From contig OZ038378.1 in assembly GCA_964036045.1 (NCBI GenBank), forward strand, positions 164,114,001 to 164,178,000: a stretch of DNA of 64,000 nucleotides, in the 5' to 3' direction. The stretch is from Eutreptiella sp. 'Long Island Sound 2002' (taxonomy: Eukaryota > Protista > Euglenida). Below, piece by piece: positions 1-13,664 of the stretch (positions are counted from its first letter, which is position 1; every line of letters starts with the position of its first letter). The notes beneath the pieces are model-generated. The model did no database searches. It was not told the origin of the DNA and saw only the letters and a list, made by a program, of their open reading frames with translations. The position numbers and the translations under genes were made by a program.

Positions 1-510
1 CCCATCACTTTACCGCAACTCCCCATCACTTTACCGCAACTCCCCATCACTTTACCGCGACTCCCCATCACTTTACCGCAACTCCCCATCACTTTACCGC
101 AACTCCCCATCACTTTACCGCAACTCCCCATCACTTTACCGCAACTCCCCATCACTTTACCGCGACTCCCCATCACTTTACCTCGACTCCCCGTCACTTT
201 ACCGCGACTCCCCATCACTTTACCGCGACTCCCCATCACTTTACCTCGACTCCCCATCACTTTACCGCAACTCCCCATCACTTTACCTCGACTCCCCATC
301 ACTTTACCGCAACTCCCCATCACTTTACCGCGACTCCCCATCACTTTACCGCAACTCCCCATCACTTTACCGCGACTCCCCATCACTTTACCTCGACTCC
401 CCATCACTTTACGGCAACTCCCCATCACTTTACCGCGACTCCCCATCACTTGACCGCGACTCCTCATCACTTTACCGCAACTCCCCATCACTTGACCGCG
501 ACACCCCCAT
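1..510. repeat. 21-bp minisatellite (CCCCATCACTTTACCGCAACT)n, about 24 copies, runs off the window start
   Basis: Direct tandem periodicity of 21 nt with variants (GCGACT, CCTCGACT); translation gives TATPHHF repeats. Confidence 0.95.
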
Positions 511-1131
511 TACAACCCGCACACCGGCCACATCCAAGCCCCTGCCCCCCCGTCATTATCCAGGCACCCCCGATTCTCCAGCCGTCCCCATTGTCCCGGC
601 ACTCCTTGGCCCCCCCCCCCCCGTTGTGCACGCGACCCCTCGTCCAAGCACCGCCCTTAGGCATCCCCACAGGTCCGGGGGGCCCTGTTTCGTCATCCTT
701 TTCGAGGCCTCCACTGTTCAGGCGGCCTACGGGTCCAGGCGGTTGCGTACACGAGCGGGGGCGCCTGCACAGGCCAGAGAAAGAAGTGACGGTACAAAGT
801 CACAGGGGGGGGGGGGCTGGGGTTTGGACGCGGACCCCCCCCACTAACTGTTGGCCAGAGGCCCCCTGAGGGGGGGGGGGGGGCAATGATAGTGTTGAGG
901 TGCAAAGTGGACAAATTTCCTTCGGCAGCCTTGGGTGCCTGTGGAGCGTCAGGCGCCTTGGACTCCCGAGGCCGGTACCTTTTGCCATGAACTGTTGGCC
1001 GGAGGCCCTCTCGGGAGGGGGGGGGGGGGTGGGGGGGCTGCGTCCTCGGACCTGCGGAGTCGCCCCCCCCGTGTACAAAGCAGAGGGCAGACAAGAGATG
1101 CCCTTTTATCACAGACAACCGCCAACAACCG

Positions 1132-1940
1132 TCAACTGGTCATGGGTTGACCCCAACCGTCGACGGTCGGCGGTTCATCGCCGGGGGCGGCGGTGCCGGG
1201 CTTCTGTCCCTTGAGAGACGCCACCCCCACCCCCACAGACCCTCTGCCGCAAGGACAACCTGGACTCACGTGCTTGGGCGGCTGCGAAGGGATCGCGGCG
1301 GACTGCGGATGAGGCGCGGAGGGACGGTCCGGGTTGCACTTCGCCAGCAGATTCGCGGTCGAGACCATGCGCGGAGTGGACGTGCCCTGCGGCAGGACGG
1401 CGCCCAGGCTCTTTGGGGTCCCGCAGTTCTGGCCCCCGATGTCCGCCCCCAGACCAACTTCCATTGGCCCAAAGGGCAGGCGTCGCCCACGGAAGCGGGG
1501 CGTCGTCTCCCTCTGCACCTGAGCCTCTGGGCTCTCCGCAGAATTCTCCCACGTCCCGCGCAGGAACAGCTCCTCAAACGACGGCTCAGGCACCCGCTCG
1601 GGGGTGGTGTCCACCACGGGCCCGTCCGTATCGCCGTCCACCAGCACGTCGAAGGCTCGGTCCTCCAGAGAGTTCACGTTGTGCCCCGCCAGCGCCTCCG
1701 TGACCGCCGGCTCCTCCACCGACACCCGCCGGGGGGCGGCGCTGCCGGAGGGCCCGGTCCGGGGGGCGCCAGTGCCGCGGGGCCCCGGGGCCTCGGCGCC
1801 GGGCGGCGGGCGGGGGCCCACGGGCTTCCAGCGCTTGAACGTCGTCCGGACGTGCTGCAGTTTCTTGTCCAGGTCGGCGGCGGTGGAGGTGGCCTGCTGG
1901 CAGTGCTGACTGACCGCGTGCAGGCCCTGGCTGAGGTGGC
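1132..1940 (-). CDS. Multi-cyclase-domain gene, exon 11 (last visible): coiled coil plus low-complexity tail
   Basis: Acceptor ttcttgtcag|GC at 1941/1940, phase 1, matches exon 10 (DSAV-G-HLSQGLHAVSQHCQQ...LDKKLQHVRTTFKRWK). Stop at 1132-1134. An internal donor (CAC|GTGAGT near 1268) could extend the gene leftwards. Confidence 0.7.
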
Positions 1941-2039
1941 CTGACAAGAACGCGGGCATTGTGCCCGGGCCGCGGACCCCAGCGGGGGGGGCTGCGGGTG
2001 ACCCACGCCGACCCCCCACCGATGACGCACCCACACCCA

Positions 2040-2923
2040 CACGGTCGACGCGACAAACAGGGCACTGCAAAAAGCGGCCTGAGTGTACCCCCCCCCCCTT
2101 GTCGTTCCCCACCCCAGGGAAGACGGTCCCCCACCACCCCCTGGGGGACCGCACTACCACCGTACACGCACATTTGCAGGCACAGAAATTGCAGCATAAA
2201 ACGAAAGAATTCAGCATAAGATACGTTCAAAGGGCTGCCAATGTACGGAGACCTACTCCTTGACCGGCTCGGTGTAAAATTTCTTGGTCCTGCTCCACTC
2301 ACCTTGAACTCTTGCACATGCTCTCCACTTTCCACTGGAATCCTTGGGGCAGCACTCTTGGGTGGTGGTTTTGCCTTCTTGGTAGGAGGCTTGGCAGGTG
2401 CAAGCAGATTTTTGGGAACCCATTTCCCTTCGGGAATGTCCGTTGTAAAATACAACTTGTTCCCAAAACTGTGTCCCATACCCCATGCACCACGGGCACT
2501 CTTCACCCACACAACCTCCGTGTCAGAATTCAGGTCACTATCATCATCCGTCACAGGGGGAAACATGGTTGTGCTGTCAAGTTCCATTTCAGCGAAAGTA
2601 AGCAAAATGTCCCGCCATGAGTGCAAGGGATACAAGTGGCAGTGCCCCACAACACAGCCACACAACAACACAATGAGCCGCAACGAAAAATTTTGGGTTG
2701 ACCAAGTGACGGTCCCCCACCCCCCCCCTGGGGAACGACAAGGGGTGGGGAACGACAAGGGGGGGGGGGGGGACTAGATCTCGTCAGGTGCAAAGCAGAA
2801 CAAAAACAGATGCCTGTCCTGCCTGTACTAGGCGCCTTTCTGCAGTGCAAAGAACAAGAGCAATGGGTCCAGCTCCACCATCCCAAAGACGAGTACAGCC
2901 TCTGGCAGCGTAGCGCAGCTCGG

Positions 2924-2996
<73 letters not shown>

Positions 2997-3180
2997 GACA
3001 GCCGACCCCGGAGTAGTCAAACAGGACAACTCATCCCGGGGCTCCATTGACACGACCAAAACACGTTCGGACCCGCAGAGGGTCATAATGTGCAGTGGCG
3101 AGAGGCCAATGGCGTCGCCAAAGGCAAACAACCGAATACCGAGGCCTTGTGCCAACCAGCCCCCCCCCCCCCCCCCCCAA
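2040..3180. repeat. Dispersed repeat family R2, associated with (CA)n
   Basis: Homologous segments at 21960-22100, 20860-20895, 22870-22940 and, inverted, 29250-29445; contains (CA)n at 2927-2993. Confidence 0.8.
2088..2772. mobile_element. 685-bp non-autonomous TIR element capped by poly-C/poly-G, inserted in a dispersed repeat
   Basis: Ends C11-TTGTCGTTCCCCACCCC and GGGGTGGGGAACGACAA-G14. The flanks GAGTGTA and CTAGATCTCG are contiguous in the uninterrupted copy at about 22000-22020. Confidence 0.75.
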
Positions 3181-4487
3181 CTGAGGCGGGCGGGTGCTGT
3201 AGGACAAGCAGTGCCCCAAGCGGGACGGGCCCTTCTGTGAATGAGGATCCGCCCAGAAGACAGTTCGTAGGGCTGAGATGCAGTAAAACCGCATAGTGTC
3301 TGGTCTTTGCCTCTGTACTGCAGCGAAAGGCGCCTATGACACGCCGCTGCAGAGGCTTTCGCCTTGACTTTTGCTTTGCACTGTGTCGTGCCTGACGGCA
3401 CCGGTCGTGCACACGCATCTGCCTCTCATAGCGACGAAGGGACACCTGTGCATCGGCGGGCCCTTGGGGGGGGGGGGGGGAGGATCCGCCCCACACACCG
3501 CGGGATCACAGCCTCGGCCCAAACCCCCGGCCAACCCACAAAAACCGCCCGGCCCTAGTCCCTGTGCTTTGCCCAAACTCGTCCCCGCGCTCCCTGGGTC
3601 TGGGCACCGCGTAGTAACACAGGTGTCGCGGTGTTTGTGCCTCTCGCCCGCGCGGGGGAGGCAACGCGCTATGGTGTGGGTCCGAGCGGAATCCCACTGC
3701 TCGGCTTCCCAGACCCCACCGCCCCCGCGTGACGTCCGCCCCTCAATCCACGCGCTCTCCCCCACAAATGGAGTGTGTGGGGACGCGGTCCACAGGGGCA
3801 GGGCAGGTGGATCAGAAGGGGGGGAGGGGGGTCTGAAGGGCTGGGGGTCTAGGGGGGGGGAGGGGGGGAGGGGGGGTACCCCCCCCCTCCTCCTCCGATG
3901 CACGGCCGTTCTAATACATCCCTGGGGCAGGGGGGGACCAGATCACCGGGCGGTCACCGCCACGCAACACCCACACGGGCGCAGGGGGATGGCTCGGTTG
4001 CCGGGCCCATCACCGTCACTCAACGAGGGGCGTTGCTGCGCTCCGTCTGAATCGGAGTCACCACCAGCCGGTCCCACTTGACCGACCTCGTCTGCGATGG
4101 AGAGGCCGATGGAGGGGGCAGCGGAGGAGTTTGGGTCACTTCCTGAACGGGGGGCATCCGAGACATCCAAGTCGGAGGTCGGGGAGTGACTCGGGGTCGG
4201 AAGGCCCGGTGGGCGTGTCGTCGGCCCGACAGTAGAGCGGCGCATCGGGGTGCGTTTTGTGGCGGTGGCGGCTGCAGCGCTGCGGTTCCAAGCGGTTAGC
4301 CCGCGGTGCCGGTGGTGGAGTGTGCCGCACGTGCCATAGGTCAGAGGGCTGCTGATGGCTCTGTGCTCGGGCTGAGGATCGGTGGACCTGTGGCCCGCGT
4401 GCGGAGCCATGGGGCAGGGGGTGGGGGGTGGCAGGGGAGAGGGGGGAAGGGGGGAGGGGAGTGGGCGCTGGGAACATTCGGAAAGAC

Positions 4488-5640
4488 CTACGGCAGAGTC
4501 CAGGAGCAGCTGCGCGTCCTGCTGCGCATCATCCGTGAAGTTCAGGGCCGCCGCCTCCGCCGCACGCCCCATCCAATGCCGCATGGCCGCCTCCGCCTCG
4601 GCCGGCCCCCCCGCGGCGGCGCCGGTCCCGGCGCCCGTGGGTGGCGGCTGCACGACCCGCTCCTTGAGACAGGCCTGCACCCACGCCTGCCGGATCTGCC
4701 GGTCCGTGACCGGGCGCGGGACGCCGGGCCCGGGCCGCGGCGACAGCCCAGCGGCCGCGCCGGCCCCGCGCCCGGCGAGCCGCTCCACCGCGCGTCGGAA
4801 GTGCGCGACGGCCGCGTGCGCGGCCAACAGCCGCCCGCGCCACCACTCGTTCGCCTCGCCGAGCCGCGCCGCGAAGGGGTCGGGGGGCTCCTGCATTTCG
4901 GAGGGCTCCTGCTCTGGCGTCTGCTGCCGCAGCGCCAGCGCCTCCGGCGACAACACCCAGAGCTCGTCCCGCGCCGACACGCAGACGGTGTCGGTGAGGG
5001 CGGAGGAGGTCAGGCGGAAGCCATCGGGGCCAAGCTGGACGTCCGGCCGCGACAGGAGCGCCTGATAGACCTCCGGGGCGCAGAGCACGAGGCCCGGGGG
5101 GGCCTGACGGACCAGCTCCAGAGGCTCCGACACGGGGTAATCCGGCGCCGGGGCCGGGGCGACGCCGGGCGCGAGCGTCAGTGCGACGCGCGCGCGCAGG
5201 CCACGCCAGAGGTACGGCGCGGCGGCGGGGGCGCCCGGGGGGAGGGGCACCAGCGCAGAGGCTGCGCAGTCGTGCAGGGCCTCGGGCCAGGGGAGGTTCA
5301 GGAGCTCCAGCTGCAGCCGCACCGCGAACTGCACAGCGTCCGCGGCGGCCACGAACGCGACGGTGCCCTCGCGGAGGGTGGGGCTGTAGCCGACCTCGAC
5401 GCCGCCGCACTGGTACGCGAGGGCGCGGAGGAGCCGCCGGTACAGCGCCGCTGCGCGCGCGAAGTGCGGTCCGGGCACGTGGTGCTGCACGGCCCCGGGC
5501 TGCCAGAGCGCCACGGCCGCGAGCGTGACGGCGCCGGTGGGCGCGCGCGCCAGCGCGACGCCGTCCGCCCACCACCGGCGGCCGCTGCGCGGGTCCGCGG
5601 CGTGCGCCGGGAGGTTCTCGGTGCGCCGCAGCCGCAGCAC
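4488..5640 (-). CDS. Multi-cyclase-domain gene, exon 10 (domain 11 and helical region)
   Basis: Acceptor cttttcgcag|GTG; donor GTAG|GTCTTT; motifs GAVTLAAV, FAVRLQLELLNLPWP, LWRGLRARV, APPGLVLC. Confidence 0.85.
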
Positions 5641-8600
5641 CTGCGAAAAGGTGTTTGGGCATGAAGGCGCAGGGCGCAGGGGGGGCTGCGGTGTGGGGAC
5701 ACAGCCCCAACCCCTGCGGGTGGGACTCGGCCAGGACACCCGCATAGAGCGCAGCTTAGAACGCGGGACCAAGAGCCAAAGCTCATTGTCTTCGTCCTTC
5801 TCCTCCTGGCACCGCAATAGACTGGTTTCCCAGTGCCAATCCAATGCATGTGCCGTACCATACATAGGCCCTACCCTGCGCACAAGAGAGCTGGGACTAG
5901 AGGTACCTGAGAGACTTTCAAGGATTTGCGCAATAGGGGGACAACCAACCCCGAAACCACCAACCGCCAAAACCGCACATGCACGAGGTGCCTGCATACC
6001 TCTTGCCGTGTAAAAACATGGCTACACAACCCCGACTGTATTGGAGTGCCCAAACCGGCGAGGAGGGGCGAGATAGCCCCTGCCACCTTTGCGACTGAGG
6101 GGCTGTGCACTAGCAGAGGAGGGTACCGCAAAGAGGGCAGCATGCAGAAGAAGGGTCACACGTCAGCAGCAGCGCCCTGCCCATCTTCATGGCCGCCGCC
6201 CCTCCGTCATCCCTCCCACCTCCTTGCAGCTTGCGGACACTGACTGGGCACTCTTTGCTAGGTCCGCCGTACATGCTACACATGATGCCTCCGCCTTGCC
6301 TCACGCCCTGCGGTCCCTTGCAGTCCCTCTCCACAGTGCACCTCCTGCCCCGCCGTTGCATGCGGTCTGCACATTCAGTGCCACTCTAGCCACCGCACTT
6401 GAAATGGCATCGCAACACAAGTGCTCATAGCCCTTGGGCACTCCACGCACAACACTGTGTCACCGAAGGTCCTAACCCCTGCACCACTGTACCATTGGGC
6501 ATAAGGGTTGGGCAGAGGAGGTCCATGGTCTACCGCATCCTGATCAATCAAGATATGATCAATCAAGATATGATGAGGGAAATTCTTTGCCCACAAAAAT
6601 CGGGACTCGGCCCCTTTGTAACCCAGTTGTTGAGCTAGCGCCAGTGCTCACACGTTCCTTTCACGACGGCCCCAACATGTGAGCCCGTTTTCCAAAGCCC
6701 CACATTGTTGTGACCACAATCGTAGCCGTGCTCGAACATACAGCATAAAAGACTTTTTTTTTTACTGGCTCTACTTGTTCAAAGGAGAATACTCAAGACA
6801 GTCCTTCAAAAGCAGGCATTAGACACATATGACGCACTGGATCCTTGGTGAAGCAAACAAACGCACTGGCGCCGGGTAGTGGGCTTGACCCAAGGGAAAA
6901 AATCAAAGAGGAAGGAAAACGGGTGCCTCGGCAGGGGAGGAATGTGGGGCTCTAGTCAACGTGCTAGGTTAGACGGTGCTGGGACTACCTATCAATGGGC
7001 TCACAGGAAATCCTCGATCAGCTGGACCACGTGGAATGTCCAACTGATAGATAAAACCGGCGTACACATGCCCTATTTCCACAACCGGCCACAAGAGATA
7101 CTATTCCTATTTTGCTCACTCCACTAGGTACAACGCAACATAGTAGGGTCTGCATCGGCATACACCTCGTGGCATGTAATTTCCCATGCTCTCGTTCAAT
7201 GCAGGGACATGCAACAAGGTGGTTTGCCTTTGCTCCACACATGTGCCTGCACACCACATATACAGCACCATGCATTACCACAGGAACAACAACAAAGCAC
7301 AACAACACCACACGCGTGTGAGACCACACGTCACCCTACAGTGCAACACAACACATGCATGCATTGAACTCTAAAGCATCATTTCGTGGATCAAGTGGTC
7401 ACTGTTTGGTGTCCGTGAACACATTTGCTTACTTTTGCGGGAGGCTGCTTCCTTATTGGTGTCCTACCCACAATTCATCTTCGCCTATGGTCTTTTAGGC
7501 CACCAACAAGCTAATTTTCTTCCAGTTCTTTGTGGGGATTGCCTCTTGTGCAAACGTGCAATAGCTCAGGCTTCCTCCAGAGTATTTGCACGTACAGAGA
7601 GCCCCTACCTGGCCACCTTGTCGGCCTGCCCACACGTGAACCACATGTGCAACATGGTAATTGAAGAATCTACAAGGGGAGAAGCTGAACCATGGACATT
7701 GCACGCGTTAGTGAATGCAGTTCAGAATCATGGGTAGACCAGACACATGGGACATCACTGGCGGGCGTCCACGCACACAGGCCACCCATAAATCACCAGC
7801 AGCTACATCAAACAAGGTGTACAACACGTTCACGTATCACAAGGAAAGCATTGCACCGGAGCGGAGCACATGCACCGCAAGAAGACCAGAGTGCTCCTCT
7901 CACCCTGGTGACTGGTGTACACCATCCCTATGCCCCTCACCTGCAGACAACCCCTATGGCCACAGCCGGAACCTACTCTTGTGCTCAACTTGGGCCCATT
8001 CATCAGCCACCAGCCCAGAGCCCAGGTGTGTGCAGCTCACATTGTGCTGCTCGGGTGCCTGCAGCTTCAGGAGCTTCCCTGTTGCATGTGTCTCACGTAT
8101 CACGGTCCCTGTCACCATGACATGCAGCTTTGGTCTCTCGGCTGTTTTCGGAGTGCAAAACATCAGGAGGGGCTACGATCAGGTCATGAACAATGTTGCC
8201 TTCCTTGCTCATGGAGAGGCGGGCCTTATGACAGGATATGCTGCGCATGCATTCAGTTCATACAATCAAGACTTATACTAGGACCGAGCTGGGTGGTAGA
8301 CGTCATTGCTGCATTTGAGACACTTGCTTGGCACACTGGTGATCGTCCTGAACTTTCAGGACAAGCGTCCTGAAAACTGCCTCAAAACAGGCTGAAAATG
8401 GCCATTTTTTGGACACTGAACGGGCCACAGAGGGGGCTAGACGGCTCGGAATAGCACAAAACTTGTTTGTGGTGATGCGCATTTGCTCTGCCGTCGTTCT
8501 GAGCTACTCCTATGCCGGTTTTGAGGCATAGAGTGGGCAAACAAGACTTTTCACCCGCCTGCTTGCTTGCTTGCTGCTGCTGCTGCTGCTGCTGCTGCTT

Positions 8601-8955
8601 GCTGCTGCTAAAATGTGTTGCTCACCCTTGGACCCTAAGAAGGGTTGTAAAACCTCGACAGGGTAAACCCAGCTCGGTACTCAAGGTCTTATTAGCCACC
8701 CAATGATGATCTCGCTCAATGCTCTGACGCACAGCAGGAGCGGAACAGTTACAGTGCACTACCAATTAGCACACCACACCCCCACACCACAATTACTGCG
8801 CTGCTCGGTGCGCTACCTTTGCCTTGGAGACAACTTCCAGATAATCTGAGGCCGAGAGATCTTTCAAACAAGAACAAGCCACAATATGCGGCAAGCCCCA
8901 CACAGCACGCGCAGCAGCCTCATGCAGCACACACAGACAATGCAGTCACGGGTAC

Positions 8956-9442
8956 CTGCCCTGCGTGCAGTGCCCGGACCGGTCCCGCGCGACCGCCCAC
9001 AGGCTTCAGGGCCTTTCCGACGACCGGCCCAACATCGGGACAGATGTCCGCGAGCCGCTCCAGCAGCTCAGCGTACGCCTCGGCAGAGCACAGCACGTCC
9101 CCCGGCCGCGCCGCAGATGCAACTGCGTGCGCATACACCACCTCGTCGCCATCGTACACCCATATCCCCGTGTCCATGTCCAGGACCGGGGCCACGGCGC
9201 CGAAGTGGAAGCCGCAGGCAACGCGGAGGCCGCGCCACAGCGTGACAACCGCACCCTGGTGCCGCGTGGCCTGGGGCGCCGCATGCGGGGCCTTCAGCAG
9301 CCCCGCAGGCCAGGGCGCGTGCAGGAGCACAAGCTGCAGCCGGAGGCAGAAGCGGGCGGCCGCCTCGGCGGATGGGAATACCGCGAAACCGGCATCACCA
9401 TCGATGCAGGCCCCGTAGCCGCTGCCGGCAGCGACCAACTGC
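8956..9442 (-). CDS. Multi-cyclase-domain gene, exon 9 (domain 10)
   Basis: Acceptor ttgcgcag|G, phase 2, gives YHGLA-R-QLVAAGSGY; motifs IDGDAGFAVF, LWRGLRVACG, ARPGDVLCS; donor CAG|GTACCC. Confidence 0.85.
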
Positions 9443-11415
9443 CTGCGCAAGGTGCATAGGCGCAGATGCCCAAGTCGTGGGGTTGGTGTGAAGCAGCAAA
9501 CAAATGTATGTGTACCAACAATAGCCGAAAAGCTGTTTCCTAAAGCAAATGCTGCGGTGTGGTGTGGTGTGGTGGGGTGGGGTGGGGTGGGGTGGGGTGG
9601 GGTGGTGTGGTGTGGTGTGCCGAAGGCGCTGCTACCAAATGGCAATGGCCGGGATGTCTTGGGAGGAAACTGGGAGGGCTGTGTGTCTGAGTACACGCTA
9701 TGTGTCGTGTGTTGCGCACCCGAGGCGGGGAGGCCCTTAGCAAGCGGTGTCCTCAAGTCAGGGCTGCCCCGGGGACGCCCTATCGCTCCGCCTGTTGGTG
9801 CAGTTGAAGCTCCCGCAATGCCCACCTCATCATGCCCCCTGGGCCACAAGGGGCCCTGATGAGGCCGCCGCGTGCTTTGGTGTGGGCCAACCAGACCTTC
9901 TGCGATTCTGACTTGTCGGATGAACTCTGTCCCCATGTTGTGTGGCCCTGCCAGCCCCACATGTGCCGCCCGCATGGACGGCATTGCGATGGCCGCCGGC
10001 CACTGTTCGAGGACCGCGGGGTCCCACAACTGGCTTTGCACTTGGTACGCCCTAGGCCCCACATAGGTGCCCATGTGTGTTTGTCCCAATGCACCGTCTG
10101 TGCTTTGTCCTGTGGGGTCCCGGGTCGGTGTCTCCCCGGCGTATCCTGTAGGTCGGTGGTTGTGTGTCCCTTTGCTCACGGCCGTCTGCGATGAGCCACT
10201 CCCCACAGTTGGCCTGTACCGTACAAACATGAATATTTTTAATACACAAATATTTTGCGACAATGAAAACAATTCATATTTAGCCAAATTTTTGCCAACC
10301 CTTTCCGCTGACAGCAATGTTCGCTTTGCATTCGGTGTGTATTGGTCGTGTTGTGTTTGTTTGTCCATGGATTTTTTTTTTTTTACATCGGGTGGACCAC
10401 TGCAAGGCAGGTGATAAATATGGTCCTTGCAGGATTTGAACCAACAATCTTCATTTGCCAGGGCAGAGCACTGGCCATTAGGATATTGCCTGTGCCCGAC
10501 ATACCAGTGCTCAAGGACCATATACAAACTGAGGGGTAAATTTTTTTTCCAAACAGCAGCAGTCAGCATACATTATCAAACACAAAATGGCAGTTTGGCA
10601 AAAATCAATCGCAAAAAATAGATTTATTTTAGGGGACCCACACACAGATTTTGGCTTGCAAATTGAAAATAATTGCAAAAAAAATTTTGGGTTGTTTAGT
10701 TGCAAAAACCAGGGCAGATAGGTAGGCAACAAGGGACCTCGCATCATGCATGTATGAGTGTTCACAAACAGTACAAACCCTACACTCTCCGGATTATTTA
10801 TCTAATTGACCTAATTTTTTGCGAAATTCTCTGTCCAGAAAGCCAGAATTATTCAAAAATTTTGTGTTTCTTGTTGTTTTTTGCACCCAGAAAAAAAACA
10901 CCCAGGAAGTCAACATTTTGGCACAATATTCAACTTTCTACGGTATCCATACCCTCTCCTGCCCTGGGCTGACAGGTAGGGGTTCCCGACGTGGGCCTCG
11001 GTCCGCGCGGCGGGTGCGCCTAGCTGGTGCCTGGGGGAAGGAAAGGGGGGTCCGGGGCTGGACAGAAGACAAGCTGCGGATATGGCCCCTTGAGAGGGAA
11101 GGGGGCCATTGAAAAGAGGCTGACCCCATTGAAATTCGAACGAATCAACGGCGTCTTTCAGAGCCGGACGCCCGGATCGATTCCGCCCCCCGGGCCCGAC
11201 GCCATTACAGACCCAAATCCCACAGGTTGGCCCACCCCAAAAACACTTCAAGAGCCTCCGTGGCCCGGCACTGAATGATGACTACCGATGGCGCTCAGAT
11301 GTCTCCCGCTGCGCAGGCACTGCGGTGAAGTCGTGACGCATGTGCTCCCTCCCACACGATAAGAGGGGGGGGGGGGGTGGGGCCGGGGGCTGCGGCGGTG
11401 CACAGGGACACAGAC

Positions 11416-11885
11416 CTGGCCAAGCCGTGGTACAGCGCCAGCGCCCGCGGCGCCGCGTCCCCTGCAGCCTTCGCGACTGTGCCCCAATTCGGGACCCAGA
11501 ACATCACCAGTGCCAGAGGCCCAAGCAGCGGCAGCTCCCGCACATCCGGGGCGGGGCGCCGGGCCGGGGCAGGCGTCGGGGCCGGCGTCGCGGCGTCGTC
11601 GCTGACCAGCTGCACTGGGCACACGTGGAGGTACCCGTCATCGGAGGAGTGCACATCTGCCCCGTTCACGAGCCAGAGGGGGCAATGGGGGTACCGCACC
11701 GGGAGACGCCCGATTGGGAGCGCCTCAAGCGCCGGGGCCGACGCGGGTGTCAGGCACACCTCGCCGGGCGCGGCGCGCGCGGCCGCGGCTTCTGCGCGCG
11801 CGACTGCGACGCCGTGGGCCGAGATCCGGGCGGAGGCAGGGTCCGCAGTGAGGTGCGGGGCCCCGGCGTGCAGGCCCATGCGGAC
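11416..11885 (-). CDS. Multi-cyclase-domain gene, exon 8 (end of domain 9, start of domain 10)
   Basis: Acceptor tttgtgcag|GTC CGC ATG gives SRLQ-VRMGLHAG; AAPGEVCL; donor AG|GTCTGT, phase 2. Confidence 0.85.
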
Positions 11886-13664
11886 CTGCACAAACGTGAG
11901 GAGACCCTTGAGCAATGCCAAGTGCGATTCCGAGACAACAGATCGGTGCCACTTCAACTACGTTGTATGCAGTAGTACCCCGTAGCCTACAGCCTACGTA
12001 TGCAGGGGGTTGCATGACAGAAGGAGGAAGGGGAGGATTGAGTGGGGTTGGATTGGACAGGGAGGGGGGGGTTCGATTGCGATGGATTGCATTGGATTGC
12101 ACTGCACTTGTGTGGCTGTGTACCCAGGTGCTGTGTTGTTTGACTGCACGCGGCCTTGGGCTGCTCCGTGGCTGCCTGTGGCTGTTTGGTTGTACAAGGT
12201 CGTGCGTCACCGTCTCAGGTTGTGTATGGCCGGCTGCATTGTGCATTGGGTTGGGGGGCTCTGCACATTGCATGGTGCGTGTCTGTCAGGGCGCACTGCG
12301 CTACTTGGGATGCTCCAACAAGTAGTTGTAGGCTGTTGTGTGTTGTTGTTGACCTGTTGTTGCCGGCACAGCCCTTGAAACAGGGCCATTGTGGGACCGA
12401 AACAGGGGCCAAAAATGCATTATCCCACATGGAAGCTCGGGCCGCATGGGTGGCTTAACCCCAGATCTGCGTGCCGTTTGTGGCGAGCGGTTGTCCGACC
12501 CGACCTCCGGGCCGGACCTTGGCTGATGGGAGCCTGAGCTGATGTGCACCTTTTCCATATTCAAAATGATCAGCGCGTCATGGGGATCATTTTGAGGCAT
12601 GTATTTGGGGTACCCACCGACCCCCCCCCCCCCGGGGGGACCCGGTGGATGGCCGCCCAACCCCCCTACCCCGTGGGCGCGGTCTCCGGGCACAAAAAAT
12701 GTGCAAAAAGCTTTGGAGAGGGCCAGCCTACACATCAAACACAAGCACACGAGTGCGCACAAGTGTGCGGGGTACACATCGCGCAGCGCGTACTGTGCGT
12801 ACTGGACAATGTGCCGCGGCTCAGTGCAGCGGTATTGAAAAAAGTGTGCGTGTTCTGCACCATTACCAGTGCGGCAGAATGGCTTATTCACAAGCACCGG
12901 ATTTTCAAGAATTGCAGGTGGGGGCTTTGCAGCATGCGGGGGCTTGGACTTCCTGAGTGCCCCCTGTTCAGCCGCACATGCCTATCACTGTCCCAGAAGG
13001 CCAACGACTGCAACAGCGGCTGATGATGGGTCTTCTTCCGTTTATATGTTCATGCAGTAATTTTGCCCAAATTTGGGCCAGTCTTTCGGAGTTTCCTACT
13101 CAGCCGCCTCAGTCTTACTGGTCTGCGTGGAGGATTATGGTGCGTATTTGCATCTGAAAAAAACAATCAAAAAACGGAGCCAAACGAAGCACAGCACACA
13201 GGAGCACGGGAGCAAATTTGGCAGCAGCCTGGCAAACAGTGCAGAGTGCGCAACGTGCGAGGGGACCTCCTGTAGCGAAGCGTGGCCGCAGGCCGGAGGG
13301 GGTACAGAGGATTTCCCGTCGGCACCGCACCCCCACTCCTCCCCCCCCCCCTCTGGACATGGAACGCACCCAAATGCAGAGCCCCAACGCGGGGCTGCAG
13401 TCTGTTGTGCTGCAGAAGGAACGCGGGCATAGCACAGGGCATGGCCCCGCATGACCCCAGGCACATGTGCCACATCTGCCCCCTGCCACGCCCCCAGCCA
13501 CGGGCCCTGGGTCGGGGGCAGATTCCCCGACACACGCGCGCCCTCGCGCATCGACATGCGGCTGCGCGTTGGCGCGTGCGTGCGACGATGACTTCGCGCC
13601 GGCCCTCCCGCTGCGGCGGCACGCCCCCTGCGTCCGCGACACACATCCGAAGTCAAGAGGGGAC

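Noticed and set aside
450-869. 139-aa ORF at the window start
   Set aside because: It is a translation of the minisatellite and low-complexity sequence.
6000-8500. Several 100-190-aa ORFs in intron 9
   Set aside because: No recognisable motif or splice-phase fit; possibly an old TE, but not supportable.
9850-9900. Hammerhead ribozyme (CTGATGAG at about 9855), and hammerheads expected in the Penelope-like terminal repeats
   Set aside because: No GAAA after the putative stem II, and no CTGANGA core found by eye in the 381-bp repeat on either strand.
13400-13664. In-frame TGA (13653-13655) followed by vaguely cyclase-like LRMCV..., suggesting a pseudogene or readthrough
   Set aside because: A GT donor at 13664 joins in phase to VRMGLHAG at 11885 and rebuilds the proper motif, so the TGA is intronic.
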